Below, piece after piece: positions 12,140-25,595 of a stretch of DNA of 64,000 nucleotides. The position numbers were made by a program, and so were the translations under genes. The DNA is taken from the NCBI GenBank assembly GCA_002104905.1, contig MCFE01000033.1, forward strand, positions 1 through 64,000, given 5' to 3'. How positions within the stretch are numbered: position 1 is the stretch's first letter; every line of letters begins with the position of its first letter. The stretch comes from Basidiobolus meristosporus CBS 931.73. Taxonomy: Eukaryota > Fungi > Basidiobolomycota. Below the pieces are notes generated by a model. The model did no database searches. It was not told where the DNA came from and saw only the letters and a list, made by a program, of their open reading frames with translations.

Positions 12140-13794
12140 TTAGGACTCTTCGGTGGTTTTGGTATGTTGACGCCCGAATACTGATGCCCGGACTTTTTCA
12201 CACATCAGCAACTCGTCAGAATCTTGGAACAGTGTCCACATATCTGGGTCCAGCCCGGCGAAAACTTTCTCCACGCGCGATTGGAATTTCGTCAGGGTGG
12301 AGGAATAGGATTTTATCGAATCGGAGCTGTACGTGCGAGGGAAACCGAGGCCGAGTCCAAGTTTGGCTTGGCTCGCTTTCATCTTTTCAGCAATCCGTTG
12401 ACTTAACCGCGGTGTGGTCACATCTCTTATGAAGATCTTGATGATTTGTTCGGGGTACTGGCGTGCCAAACCTGCATAGAGCTCCATGTCCAGCTCGCCA
12501 GAATCTCCCACCAAAATGAATTTGCGTTCTGGGAAATCCTCAAGGATCTCGACAATGGCCTCGCGTTTGCCGACATCCGCCGGCTGCCACAATTTTCCTA
12601 TCCGATCCATTAACTTCAAATGGGCACTGCCGACTGGGAATGTGTGCTGATGAAAGAACGACTCCAGAGTAGGCAGTAATTCCCAGGGAGAATTGCTAAC
12701 GTAGTGTATAGACACGCCTTTCAACCACCAGTAATGGTATATGTTGGCCATCCCCGAAACCGAGGTCAGTTCCTTTAAAAATGTATTAGAGAGAACCGCC
12801 TTGGCTCCAAGGAAGACATCCGAGTGTTTGATAGTATCATCAATGTCCGATATCACTGAGATTCCCTCTGGTTCGATTAGATTAACATATCCATAGGATG
12901 TTTCCCCTTCAAGGTGTATGTTAGTCAGACCTTCTCCATATGTTGCTGAATTCTGACGCTTACCTAAATTCTCTGCATCCGCTCGAATTTTCAGCAGCTT
13001 TCGAACCCCTGCTGGGTCAAACAGCCCCCATGATTCCACCAAGCTACAAGGTACCGACATTGTCGTTGAGAAGTGACCGTTGATAGCTCGGGCTTGGGTG
13101 TGAATGGCGTAATCTGGCGTAGGGAGTGCGGTCTTTTCGGCGTCACCGCTAAGCATCATATGGGAGGCATGTGAAAGGCCGGCCACCGAAAGGTCAATGT
13201 CAAAATTACGGGCATTAGAAGCCATAAAGAGGCGAGCACGGGTTTCCAAGTTGAGATTGGTGTTGTGGCTTCTCGAGACACCAGCAAGCGTTCGGGCCAA
13301 ACCTGAAATGTGAGTTGGTGGGTTATGGTACGCTGACAAGGCGATGGGAAAAGGGAGTCAAGGACCGACCTAGCATGAGTTTTTTCTTTCTATTCCCTTT
13401 GACCGAGAAGGCCCAGCCTCGCACTCGAATATTCCAAGTGGGTTCCCCGTTTTCATCTTAGTTTTGTTAGAATGGAGGGATGGACGAAAGTATAGTGGGT
13501 GAGAAACGTACCTATCCCGCGCTTGGCGTAAGTAGGGAATACCAGACACTCTCGTTTCAAGCGAGAGAGTATTTGCTCCTGTCCCTCGCCACCTTCCTTC
13601 CCAACACTTGTAGCAATATTCGGTGCGGAGCCTGTGTTGTGCCAGGTTTGAAAACCGGATACATAAGCGGGTGAGTCGATGGCGCGCATGTTGGATTCCA
13701 GTGGGAACGTAGAAGAGCGCTTTGGTCTACTTGTGGAAGGTGGTTTCTCGATGGTTGAACCAATGGAGTCTACCTGCTCAGCCTGGATTTCCAT
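12140..13794 (-). CDS. APP1: App1-family phosphatidate phosphatase (actin patch protein 1), 3 exons
   Basis: GISVISDIDDTIK (DxDxT), HYVSNSPW, FILVGDSGELD and IFIRDV motifs; start MEIQAEQ inferred. Confidence 0.85.
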
Positions 13795-14538
13795 GTTGTG
13801 CTCAGATAGACGGAGAATTATGTATATATATGTGTGAAAGGGCAATAGACCAGACGAAGGGCGTTAATAAACAAAAGCTCAATTATGTCGGAAACAAAAG
13901 TATAATTATATAGTTATTCGCACCCTAATAAAAGTAGGATTCAGAAAGAGCGAAAGAAAGAATGGAATCAGTGAGGAGTACAAATGGGATATTTTTAGCA
14001 GATGCAAGTTGAGCATTCATGGAGATTATATGCAGAATATAGCCCTTGCTACCAAATCTAGTTTGGAGCAAAGCTTAATGAGCTAGGCACCATCACATTC
14101 GACTCGACCTCAATTCAACCATCGTGACACTCACCAATTTCATTACTCGATTTCCTTACTGGGCACCCTTTTCGAATTCATTTCACCCATTCTCGATTTC
14201 ATTACTCAAGCAGATGTATGTGCTACAAAACCCAAAATGCAATGATCAGTGATTTCATGGCTTCCCACTCCAATAGGATCGAGAGTTGCAGAACAATCAC
14301 GAAGTCCTAGCTATAGCACTCTATTGGCCGACTTTGAATCGCACACAATGGGGAAGGCGCCTAACAACCTGATTCAAGCCTCGAGGGTGGTAAACATTGG
14401 AGCATGAATGCGCATCCAAGACATCACTAGCCACCATCAAAACCTTATGATGGCGCACCCGTAGAAAACCATGTACCAAGAGAATATAGAATAACCTGGA
14501 GTGCTTAGGGTGGGGTTTATTACAATGCCCTGTCCAAA

Positions 14539-16692
14539 CTACTGGCTGTCTAACATCTTCGTCCAATCCCAAGGCTTCCACTGTTTCAAAAAGTCCGCTA
14601 CTCTGCGATGGCTTTCTTGTTGATGGATGCGTTTGGGGCGGCGATATAGGTTGGGAGGAACCTCGCACATCCCTGCGATTACTTCTTTTCCAAACCACTT
14701 GGGAAAATCCTTGTCATCCTCGATCACGTGGCCGTAGCCCTTATCAGGAGTGAACCATACATGGAAGAATGGTAGATTCCCAGTGAGTGAGCGCCTGAAT
14801 CCATTTTTGGAGGTGTCAATCAGCTTTTTGTGCTGGGTCCATTCGGCTTCACAAGATAAAATGGCCTCTCTGAAGTAGGCAGGTGCATCTTCATACAAGT
14901 CCCAAGAGATGGGGATACATTCGATCACTGTGTGTTTATGCCAATTCAAATTCATGACGGTTTCCATGAATAGCACCCCTTTGTTGTCGTTTGCATGCAT
15001 TTGGATTAAGCATTTCATGAAGTTGCGAATCTCGTCCCAAACATCATCTTCACACTCGAGGGTGCTAAGGGAATGCTGTGTTGGTACGATCAAGCAGTGG
15101 CCTGGCACTAGCTCCTCGTGGTTGGGAAGAGCCAAATACGTCTTGACGCCCAACGATACAACGGGCACGTTGGGTGGACTGGATTCGCGGTAGCAGTAGT
15201 CGCACTTGTCGAGCGCAGACTGAGATTTCTTGTAATCATGGATCGCAAAATCCCGCTTCTGCGAATCAGTCATCTTCTTGAATTTGGCCATTTTGTCAGC
15301 GTTTTCATCCATGTAATCGATGTCATCTTTGTATGCCGTATCACGTGAGATCCGTTTGGCAAGCTCCATATCCATGTTTCGTGAATTTCCGTAACGTTCC
15401 TCCTTGAGCATTGCGGCAACATCTATGGTATCCTCCGATTCATGCTTCTTTCGCTTGTTTCCAGGGAGTGGTCTGGATGATGTACCTATATCTAGCATAC
15501 GTCCCCGGCTGTCGAACGTGGGCAATACTACGACATCCTTTTGAGCTTCAGAGCCCGTGCTAGCAGAATTAGCGGCCCTTGCCTTTTCAAACTCATACTG
15601 ATCCTCAAGTTCATCGGCATTGGGCATATTCATTAGTCTAGCCTTCATGGCCTGTGACTTGAGCTTGTTCAGCTCATTTTGCGATAATGTAGGAGGATGC
15701 GTGTTGTTGCTGGTTGTATTTGTAGGGGAGTCATGGGTCTTCCTGGCCGCATTCTTGAGTTTGGAGAGTTCGTCTTCGCGCTTTTTGCGGTTGTAATAAT
15801 CGACAATATAGTTTGCACGCTTCTTATTATCTCTTCTGTCCAGAATCTCTCGTTCTTGAAGAACACGCTCGAACTCCTCGATAGACTAATGGTTTCCTTG
15901 TAAATACTTGTTCATACTGGGTGGAATATATGAGAAACGAACCCCAAACTGATCAAAGCCTAACCGCTCCATAGGAATGTCTTCTTCCTGTGATCTTTCT
16001 ACTATACGCTTCAATTTTGCCATTCTCCAAGTTGAGCCGGAGTCTCCAATCTCAAACTCTTTTTTCTCTACAGATTCACTCTTTAGAATGATGTGGCCGA
16101 TTGCTATACACATATTTTGCTTGATAGATACCTTCTTCGGGGTATTCATCCACGTGTCTACCCTCCTTCAGATAGACGTTAAGCTCACGTTCACTCACAG
16201 CCGGCTAAATTCGAAGCTGTCAATTGCTTACTGCTCTTGGTTCAATCAACTTTTGCCACATACCTGCTCTATAGCTTTCCTACGCTCTTCGTCACGTTCT
16301 TTTCTCTTTCTGTCTAATTCACTTCTACGACTCTCACCACTGCCTCCAGTAAATACAAACTCCTCAAACCCAGGTACTTCCTCCATCCAAGAATGTCGAG
16401 GGGCCACAGTTGAGCCGATATTTTCGGCCATTTCGCTTGTGCTTGCATTTATGGCAGGTGCGTTTGAGGCGGCAGAGGGTTCGATGTGTACAGGCTCTTT
16501 CTCAACCCAGATCATTTCCGACTCGCTTACTTCATCCTCTTTTCGTTCGGGATCTGCGGAAGACCTTCTATGTTTTTTATGTTCCCTAGAATGGCGATCT
16601 TTTCGGTGCTTCTTGGATTTATGCTCCCTTTCATAATCCCGATCTTTCTTATGCTTCTCCTTGCTATGCTTGTGTCTATGACCGTCACTCAT
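14539..16692 (-). CDS. CWF19L2: CWF19-like protein 2 (CwfJ domains; spliceosome-associated), 4 exons
   Basis: Lys/His-rich N-terminus, PAVSERELN and GDSGSTWRMAKL motifs, C-terminal CDYC...GHCLIVP...HTVIECIP...YFREAI...WDWTK. Confidence 0.9.
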
Positions 16693-16998
16693 TTAATCAA
16701 CACTATTATGATAGAAACCAAACTACTTTGGGGGATTATTTATGGTGTAAAGTGGTAAGTTGGTGGGGAGTATTCTTTCGTGTTCAGTATTGTTTGATGG
16801 CAAGCACCTTGGTGAATCTTATTCAGTGTTCTTTATTTTCTAGGTATCCTCAGATTGTAAGGCAATTTTATGCATCAAGTTATACCAGTTATTGCAATTC
16901 TGAATTAGTATGGAAAATGGATAATTTTGTTTGTTTACTTCCATTTAGAATCAATATATTCAACTTCACGTCAGCTAGATGCTCTTTCTTGAAGAGTG

Positions 16999-19900
16999 AT
17001 GGGTATGCAAGCTATACAGTCTAAAGAAGATCTTATAGTAAAGAGCCTACGGGAATTGGTTTCCTTGTATGTTCCAGAGGATCGTCACTCCGCCAATTCT
17101 CGAACTTTCAGGCTCTGTACTCGTTTGTTAGGAAGGTACTGGCTTTACTGCAGCCTTCCACAAACATTATTTACAAATTGGTTGACTTGGTTTTTTACTT
17201 CTTTCGATATTCTCTTCAACAGCCGACTCTCTGGGAGCTCTTTAAATGACACATATGTAGCCGAAAAAATGCGACGAAAGGGTTGGGTTACATAATTCAT
17301 TTCGGATCAAGTCTCGTTTTTACTAACGTTTTATAAAGTGGCTAATCTTGGGGACAACCAAAAAGCATTAGAGTTAAATAGGCTATTGAATCTCTTTGCA
17401 TCACGAGTACGCCAACCTTTCATCCCATTCTTAACTTATAGTCTGTCTGTTAACCATATCTATAGCTAGAGGTTTCCCGTAAGAGCGAGCTTCTAGGTTT
17501 CCTGCAATTAGTTAGCGAGCAATCTGATTTAGATGATCCGCCAGTATTTCAGTCCATGGTGATCATCTTGATAGTTTTCTAGCGATTCTTTTTGATGGAG
17601 ACTAAACAATTTCGTTATCGACAGAGTATCCCAAGACCATCACTACCGGTGAACAAGCATTCCGTTACTGCACCCGAAGAATCTTACATGTCCAACAATA
17701 CAGTGCGTCCAGCAAGCTCTTTCGATAACTTCAGCCAAAGCTTGTCGAACGCACTTTCTTCGGAGAAAAATAATACTTCGCAGTCAATGGGTAGCAGTGC
17801 TTCACCTCGCTCACGTACAACGCTAGCAACTAAACATTTCATAGTCCCAAACCTAGATCAGGATCACATATCTGAACCGCTACTCCTCCGCGATATTATC
17901 TTCGTCATGCAAGGAATCAGCGGTAGTTATCTAAAGTATGATACAGAGAGAGCTTCATTTGATCTTGACGATAAGGTTCGATAGCATTTTTCAAGCTGAC
18001 TCGAAGGAAAATTCTCATCAGAGCGTAATTATAGGTATCGGTGCCATATTCTTGGCGTAAGATTACTGAGAAGATCTGCAAGATTGGGTTGCTTTGCGTT
18101 GATGTTCAGAACTATATCAAGGAAAACGTAGATACATATGGTGGACTGGTTCAACAGGTGCGAGACTCGACTTCTGATCTTTCCCACCTAGTAGACAGTT
18201 ATTCTGATTATCATTCTCAAGAGCCTATGCTCAGCCTTACAGAAAGAGCTTTCCGAATACTATAAATTAGTGGCCGTATTGGAGGCTCAGTTGCCCAAGT
18301 CTTCCCAAGACGCTAGCGACAACAACTCAGCCAAGGGATTAACTTTACAACGTCTATACATGTGGACGCGTCAGCCATACCTCAGATTACAGCTGATGTG
18401 GATGTTGATCAAGTCATGTAAAGGTATCTTGAGGTCGAAAGGGGTTTTTTGGTGCTGGCTAATCACCGTGCGTTTGAACAGGGTTTGTTGGAGGAGAGCT
18501 TGTTTCAAGAATCTTTTCCTTCGGGGATCATGGAGACCCATTTGTACAGCAGTTCATCAATCAAATTCTTGACAGTGTAAGTAGGCTTACTGTTTGTATC
18601 GACCAGCAATCCAACTTATCCTTGGAACTAGGTTTCCCGTCCATTCTTTCATATGCTCCACCGGTGGATCTATGAAGGGGAACTAGAGGACCCATATGGC
18701 GAGTTCTTTGTAGCCGAGTCCGATTTTACTGAGCAGGATTTATGGCAAAAGAAGTACACCATGAGAGCGAACATGATTCCAGAGTTTATTAATAATGGAC
18801 TAGCCAACAAGGTTTGTGCGGCTATGCTAGCTGTGTTTCAGCCGTATGGTACTAAGGTTGTATCGCTAGATTTTTTCAATTGGTAAATCCCTCAACTTCA
18901 TCCGCCACAGCTGTCACGAGGAGATCTTGTTGAATAGCCAAACGGAGGCTAGTACCACCGAGGGTTCGTTGTTTCCATCCTCGAACGCCGTTATAAGCAA
19001 AGTGGATTAACATTACGTAGACCTCAAGTATAGTGATATGGCGCTCATCGAATCACGCATCGATCAAACATACGATTTAATCAACACGAAGATACTTGAG
19101 GTGCTGTTCGATAAATTCAAGCTCGAAACACAGCTTCTTGCCCTCAAGCGTTATGTGTTCTTATATCAAGGAGATTTCGCCCATTATCTAATGGAGTCCA
19201 TCATGTAAGCCACTTTCTCTGCTTGCAGCTAATTGCAGCCAATTGACGGCAACGCATCAATACAGGCCTGAGCTGTCAAAGCCCATCGCGTCCATCTACG
19301 CACACAATCTATCTTCTATACTCGAAGGTGCCATCCGTGGCTCGAATGCCCAGTACGAAGATCCGGATATTCTTCATCGTTTGATCGCCGAGGTTTCCAA
19401 GGTATGAGCTATTGCAACCTTACGCAGCGATTTCAGATATTGATGCATAATAGGATGACGGCGAATCGGAGGGAGACGGGTGGAATAGCTTTAATCTTAC
19501 TTATTATGTTGATTCGCCCGTTAGTACCATCCTCACCAAACAAGCATTGGAGCAATACTCCAAGATCTTCAAATTCCTGTGGTCTCTCAAACGAGTGGAG
19601 TACACGCTAAACGCCGGATGGCGTCGACAGATCACCGCTACACACACACATAGGAAAAAATCTGGTTTGTGATTTCGTGGATTCTCGTTTCCCAGCGAAT
19701 GTTAACCCGGACCATAGAAATTCGAACCGAGTTCCAACAAAGCTACCTTGTCTGTGAAGAAATGCTTCACTTTATCTATCAATTCCAGTGCTACGTACAA
19801 TTTGAAGTGCTGGAATGTTCTTGGGATGAGTTGCAACAGTTTGTGCAGAAGAAATCGGGGGATCTTGATTCCCTGATCAATGCACATTACGCTTATCTAA

Positions 19901-20451
19901 ATAGAATAATGAACCGGCTTTTCCTCGAATCCTCACAAGTAAGTTTGGGTCTGCCATTGCATGAACCGGAATAATTGCGTCTAAATGTCATTCCAATTCC
20001 AGTCGGCCATGTTGAGACTGCTCAATCAAATATTTGAAACGATGCTTCAATTCCGCCTTGTTCAAGTAGGTTCTCGTTGAAAGCTTTCGGTGACAAGGGG
20101 CTAATAACAGCTGCTTTAGGATAAACTTTACAGATATACACAAACTACCCTTGACCCTGGAAGATCAACATTGAATCTTTCCGATGACGATTCGGACCTG
20201 GCTTTGGAAGATGAAGAATTGCTTCCCATCCGTGCTGAGCTGTTTGAAGTTTCCCACATATTCAAGGTAAGATTAGGCTACACGTCCAAGTTGCAGCAGT
20301 ATGGCATATTGATTGCTTTTTAATTGCCAAGGAACAAATCTCTTCACTTATCGAGAATCTGTCCAATCGTCATGATGAATATTTGAAATCGTTGAGATTG
20401 CGATTAGACTTCAACGAATTCTATTACAAAGATATGGTGAAGCCTTATTAG
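16999..20451 (+). CDS. SPC98: Gamma-tubulin complex component 3 (Spc98/GCP3), many introns
   Basis: Spliced exons give LLRDIIFVMQGISG, SLCSALQKELSEYYKLVAVLE, WIYEGELEDPYGEFFV, QGDFAHYLM, FLWSLKRVEY and terminal LRLRLDFNEFYY. Confidence 0.9.
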
Positions 20452-20885
20452 ATTCCATGGTTGACCCCCTAGCTGTCACCCCACCTGAATTTTCAATAGT
20501 CAACGTAAATAGGTAAATTCATAAACATGCCTATTTCCCCTTAGACCTGGTTTAATGCTTGTAGACTCCCAACTGATAATAAACTGTGCTACAAGAAGGA
20601 TTATGGTTCAGATCCACGCAGTACATGAGTCACTAGTCAGCAAATCTAGCATTTTAGCATCCTTCCATTCTAAGCTTCTAAGCCACATTCATACAAACTG
20701 CAGGTATTTTCCTGTACTAAATTAGCGCAGAATTGAAAAATACCCGTTTGTGTAAAACATTTAATGCCCTCCTCCCATCCAATCAAATCAGAATAAGGAA
20801 GTCATTGACGTATCTCTTCCCTGCTCTTTTTATCTGTCCTTGGTCAGTGAGAATTGTTGAACTTGGTTTTCTATCACGCAAGACA

Positions 20886-23328
20886 ATGCCACCACAAGTA
20901 CTTGATCCACGAAATCTTCCAGAGTCTGAAGAGGCCATTGACTTCTCCGACATCGAAGCCAAGTATGCCGTCGACGACGAAGATGGCTTTGAAAACATCC
21001 TTGTCGTAGACAACATCCCAATTGTTGACGAAGCAAAAGAGGATAAATTACTGAAAGTCATCCACAAGATCTTCAAGTCCGCAGGTATCAACCTCAGAGA
21101 AGGCTCCATCTTCATGCCTCAGGCGGTCGACCCCAAGTCTGGCAAGAAGAAATCAAAAGGGTATAGTTGTGCCGATTTTTGTTATGCTACAATTGTTTCG
21201 CTGGCTAACCATACAAAAGTTTCTTGTTTGTCGAGATGGATAATGCAGAGAAAACTTCGTTGGCTATCAAGAATCTGAACAATTACGCTATGGATAAAAC
21301 CCACGTCCTGTCGGTGAATAAGTTTACCGATATTGAGAAATATGCCACCTTGGAGGACGAGTATAAAGAACCGGAGATTGAAGCCTTCGACGAGAAAGTA
21401 AGTGTTTCTTAACTACTGCTACTGTCCATTAGTTTTCGGTTGTATTGGTGCTGATGCCTACCTCTCAGGAACATTTGCGTTCATGGCTGGCAGATCCTCA
21501 GGCACGCGATCAATGGGTGATGTACAGAGGTGAAGAAGTCAGTATATACTGGAACAAAAAAGCTGAAGCGCCCGAACACGTTCACAGTAGACCAGTGAGT
21601 AACTCACTAATATTCCATCCCTCTCAAGAAGCCTGGTTACTCACCAATGAAAACCCTTGTTTGTAGAACTGGACGGAGACTTATGTGCAATGGTCACCTT
21701 TAGGTTCCTATCTTGTTACCTTCCATCGTCAAGGAATTGCGCTTTGGGGTGGTGAAAGTTGGAGCAAGATTGTTCGATTTGTCCATCCAGGTGTAAAGTT
21801 GATCGATTTCTCGCCCAAAGAAAATTACCTCGTGACCTGGAGCAATGAGCCCATTACTCTAAGCGCTTCAGTAAGCAATGCCTCACTTCCTTTCGGCCCC
21901 GAAGATGAGGGAAATCAAGTCTTGGTATGGGACGTCAAGACCGGTGAGCTCTTGCGCTCTTTTCCCAATATATCCACCAGTGGGGATAGAAGTGGACCAA
22001 CCAAGATCAACTGGCCAATGTTCAAATGGTCGTCCACTGAGAAATACTTTGGCAGAGTCACGCCAGGCCAAATGATTTCTGTTTATGAAGTACCCGGCAT
22101 GGGATTAGTCGACAAGAAAAGTATTAAAATCGACGGGGTTCTTGATTTCGAGTGGGCTCCGGCGGGACGGCAAAAGCCCAATAGCCAGAAACCGGCGAAT
22201 GATATTCTTGCATACTGGACACCAGAGGTTGGGAACCAACCCGCCAGAGTCACGCTGCTAAACTTCCCTAGCAGGCAAATCATTCGAACCAAGAACTTGT
22301 TCAACGTCAATGGATGCAAACTTCACTGGCACCCTCACGGACACTACCTTTGTGTCAAGGTTGACCGACATACTAAGACCAAGAAGTCCTCCTTCACCAA
22401 TCTGGAGATCTTCCGAGTGGTAGATAAGGACATTCCAGTGGACGTTGTTGAGGTACCCGACGCAGTCATCGCGTTTGCATGGGAGCCAGCCAGCGAGCCC
22501 AGATTCGGCATCATCTCTACTGCTGACACCAGTACCACTGCAGCCGGGCAATCCGGAACTGGAACCACTGCCAATACGCCTAGAACCAGCGTTAGCTTTT
22601 ACAAATTGGAAAAAGGCAAAGGTAAATTGGCCACGACAGAGTTCAAGCTGATCAAGACACTTGAGCGCAAGACCACCAACGCCTTAGTATGGTCACCACG
22701 TGGACGCAACCTTGTTCTGGCAACACTTCGTACCCAAACCACTTGGGATCTCGAGTTCTACGACATGGATTTCGAGCCGGTGGAAACCAAAAAAGAGCAA
22801 ACTGGGAATGTCAACGATCCAGCCGCATACATTAACCTGCTTTCTACTCAGGAGCATTACGGAGTAACTGACATCGAATGGGATCCAACTGGTAGATATG
22901 TCTTGACTAGCGCTAGTATGTGGAGACACACCATGGAAAATGGTTTCATGCTTTGGGATTTCAAGGGGAACATGCTATTCAAAAAGGTTCTAGACAAATT
23001 CAAGCAAATCTTGTGGAGACCTAGACCCAAATCCCTTCTGAATGCCGAGCAGAAAAAGAAGATCCGCAAGAACCTGAAAGATTACTCGCGAGAGTTCGAT
23101 CAGGAAGATCTTTCTTCGCAGAATGCCGTTTCGGCCGCAGTCATAGCCCAGCGCCGTAAACTCAACGAAGATTGGTATTCTTGGAGAAGACGCGCCGAAG
23201 CGGAGCTTGCTGAAGAAAGAGCCAAGAGCGGCAAATCTTTGGCTAACATTGATACCAAGAATTATGAAACGATTGAGGAGTGGATTGAAGAGGTCATTGA
23301 GGAGACCGAAGAAGTGCTTGACGAGTAA
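20886..23328 (+). CDS. PRT1: Translation initiation factor eIF3 subunit b
   Basis: RRM (ILVVDNIP, KGFLFVE), WTETYVQWSPLGSYL, WD-like propeller, ILWRPRP and C-terminal EEWIEEVIEETEE. Confidence 0.96.
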
Positions 23329-23502
23329 TCCACGCTCTGGATTACGCCTTGTGTTCTGAATTTTCTCAGCGTTTTAAATAAAGTAAATTCCGTGAAGGAT
23401 ACCAACGAGGCTGATTGACTTTCAGTGACTTTATTATGATTGTGTGATGCGGAGGACGAATCCGATGGAACTTTTCGGTTCATATCGGTTGTTCTTGTGT
23501 TC

Positions 23503-24177
23503 TTAAAGTTTGATTTGGAGCCCTTTTAATGTCGCATTACATCTTCTTTTAGTTTCTTCGTTATCCAGAGGATCCATGCCTTGCAATGTCTCCATTACAT
23601 ATGGAAGTTGGTCACATCCCCAGAACACTTGGCCGTCGACTACCATACTAGGGACCCCAAAAACACCCGCTTCCAGTGCCTCCTGGACATTCTTTTCCAA
23701 TTCTGCTTTAGCCTGTTCCTCACTGCTACCCGGGGCGTCGAAGCCTTTACTTGTCAGAAAAGTGTTCAGCTCCTCCTTGTTGGATAGGTTGACAAAGCTC
23801 TCGTTAGGGTTCCACGTAACATTAAACAACGCTTCCACCAAATCGTTTTGCCTGTCCCCCGCTGCCGCATATACTGAGGCCCTCAGAGCATAAATCGAGT
23901 TGAACGGATGTTGCGGAGGAAATTGAAAAGGAATGCTGTTCATAGAGGAATGTCTATAAGCGTCTTTTACGATCCACTTCTGTTTGGCCTTGTTGCTGAT
24001 CGGAGGTGGTTGCTTCCAATGTTGGAGGATGTTAAAGAGGAACACGGGCTTCAGCTCGAGCTTGTGTTTGCTGCCACGCAAGAGATTTTGAAGGTTCTTA
24101 TAAGCCAAGTAGGAATAGGGGGAGACATAGTCAAAGTAAAAATGGATGACTTTTCCGCTGGAGGTTTTGGTGGCCAT
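23503..24177 (-). CDS. DsbA-like 2-hydroxychromene-2-carboxylate isomerase / kappa-class GST, intronless
   Basis: FYFDYVSPYSYLA, PPQHPFNSIYALRA and GVFGVPSMVVDGQVFWGCDQL motifs; single 224-aa ORF. Confidence 0.88.
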   Translation of the reverse strand: MATKTSSGKVIHFYFDYVSPYSYLAYKNLQNLLRGSKHKLELKPVFLFNILQHWKQPPPISNKAKQKWIVKDAYRHSSMNSIPFQFPPQHPFNSIYALRASVYAAAGDRQNDLVEALFNVTWNPNESFVNLSNKEELNTFLTSKGFDAPGSSEEQAKAELEKNVQEALEAGVFGVPSMVVDGQVFWGCDQLPYVMETLQGMDPLDNEETKRRCNATLKGLQIKL

Positions 24178-24578
24178 GTTGAAGTTGTTGCTATTCTGAC
24201 TGTAGCGGACTGTGCGTGCTTAAAAGCCACCAAACAAGTTATTTTTAGAAATTACGAGTACAGCAGAACTGGCCATGCTGTTGGTGGGAATATTACTCAT
24301 AACGTGGCTGCATTCGAATCCTATGATGCTTAGTAATGGCGAGTTGCTTTGACATCACTTGACACAGGCGATCAAGATGTCGTCTGCGTGATCCAAGCCA
24401 TCCAAACACAAGAAAGCCAGAAATCCATCGCTATAGATAGTAATTTACCACATACCTAACTAGCCAAACAATAGTCTGGAAATCCATGATTTCTGACCTG
24501 GCTGCAGTAAATAGTAGCATTCTTGATACAAATTCCAATTTCCAAAATTTTGTTACTTGAAATAGAATACTAAATCCC

Positions 24579-25279
24579 ATGAAGCACGAAGCTACTGCAC
24601 GCACTGGTAGAGATAAGCAGATCTACGACGAAACAGGAGCACGAGTTGTTGGTATAGTTCCCTTTATTTCGCTCACTGCACATGTTAAACCTTTTGATAC
24701 CCACGGTAAATAGGTAGCTGGTTGCGTTCCAATAGATGTAAACACGAAGCCGAATTTTGTTAATCTCGAGTCGCAAACACCCAGACAGATGGATTTTGGT
24801 ACGATTCATATATATGTACTGATCCCCTGTTAGAAAGCACCAGTTCTGACGTAGTCTTTTAGCCAAAAGGTGGTTGGGAATCCGACGAGGACCAGGAAAC
24901 CTCAGCACAACGCGAATGTTGGGAAGAAGGTAGACTCCGGTTGTTTCCTGTTAACTTCAGTACTATCTATTGAGACTGTTTGTATCAGCTGGGGTCAAGG
25001 GATCCATAGCAGGCTACTTGGGGGCCTGGAGGGAGACCCAGAAGAAGCAACCCTGTTCGTTTAGGTTTTTCGAACTGCATGTAGAGTCGTTAGAAGACAA
25101 CTGGCCTGAGAAACACGAACGCCGTAGGAAATGGGTAGGTCCCAGGGTGATAATATGTTGCCTGGAGGCATATACTAAGTTTACTTTTCCAGGCCACATA
25201 TGAAGAGGCGTTGGCTCTCGTGCCTCGTCAATGCATGAAAGAGGCTGTAAGACAATGCTCCTTGGGAGGTTCTCAGTGA
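24579..25279 (+). CDS. DDP1: Nudix diphosphoinositol-polyphosphate phosphohydrolase (Ddp1/Aps1/DIPP), 5 exons, apparent +1 frameshift at ~24750
   Basis: Exons 24579-24651, 24718-24798, 24863-24929, 24989-25134, 25193-25279: ARTGRDKQIY..RVVAGCVPID / [41 protein letters not shown] (complete Nudix box) ...WPEKHERRRKW. Confidence 0.88.
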
Positions 25280-25595
25280 GATGTATACAATAAAGTTCAG
25301 CGTGTATTACATGTACACAATAAAATCCAGTGACCATCAATTACCTGCACACCACCTTCTGGAAATCGAGCTTGCTGTATAAATAAAAAGCAGTGACCAG
25401 AAAAATCTTTTCACCGTGACTGCAACATATATGGTAACTGATTCTGGAATTCATCAAAATACGCTGGCTCAATTTTTTTGCCCAATTTAAAGTGCGGCTC
25501 CGGGTTTGGCTTCTACTCAGCTTGTAGTAATTTGATACCCAGGTTACTGAGCGAACCAAATAGATACAGCATACATACTCTACAGTGTTGAAAAT

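Noticed and set aside
14046-14071. 10-bp hairpin TTGCT-A-CCAAA/TTTGG-AGCAA
   Set aside because: Isolated, with no accompanying RNA-family motifs.
20626-20632. TGAGTCA (Gcn4/AP-1 site) upstream of eIF3b
   Set aside because: A single 7-mer is expected several times by chance in 64 kb.
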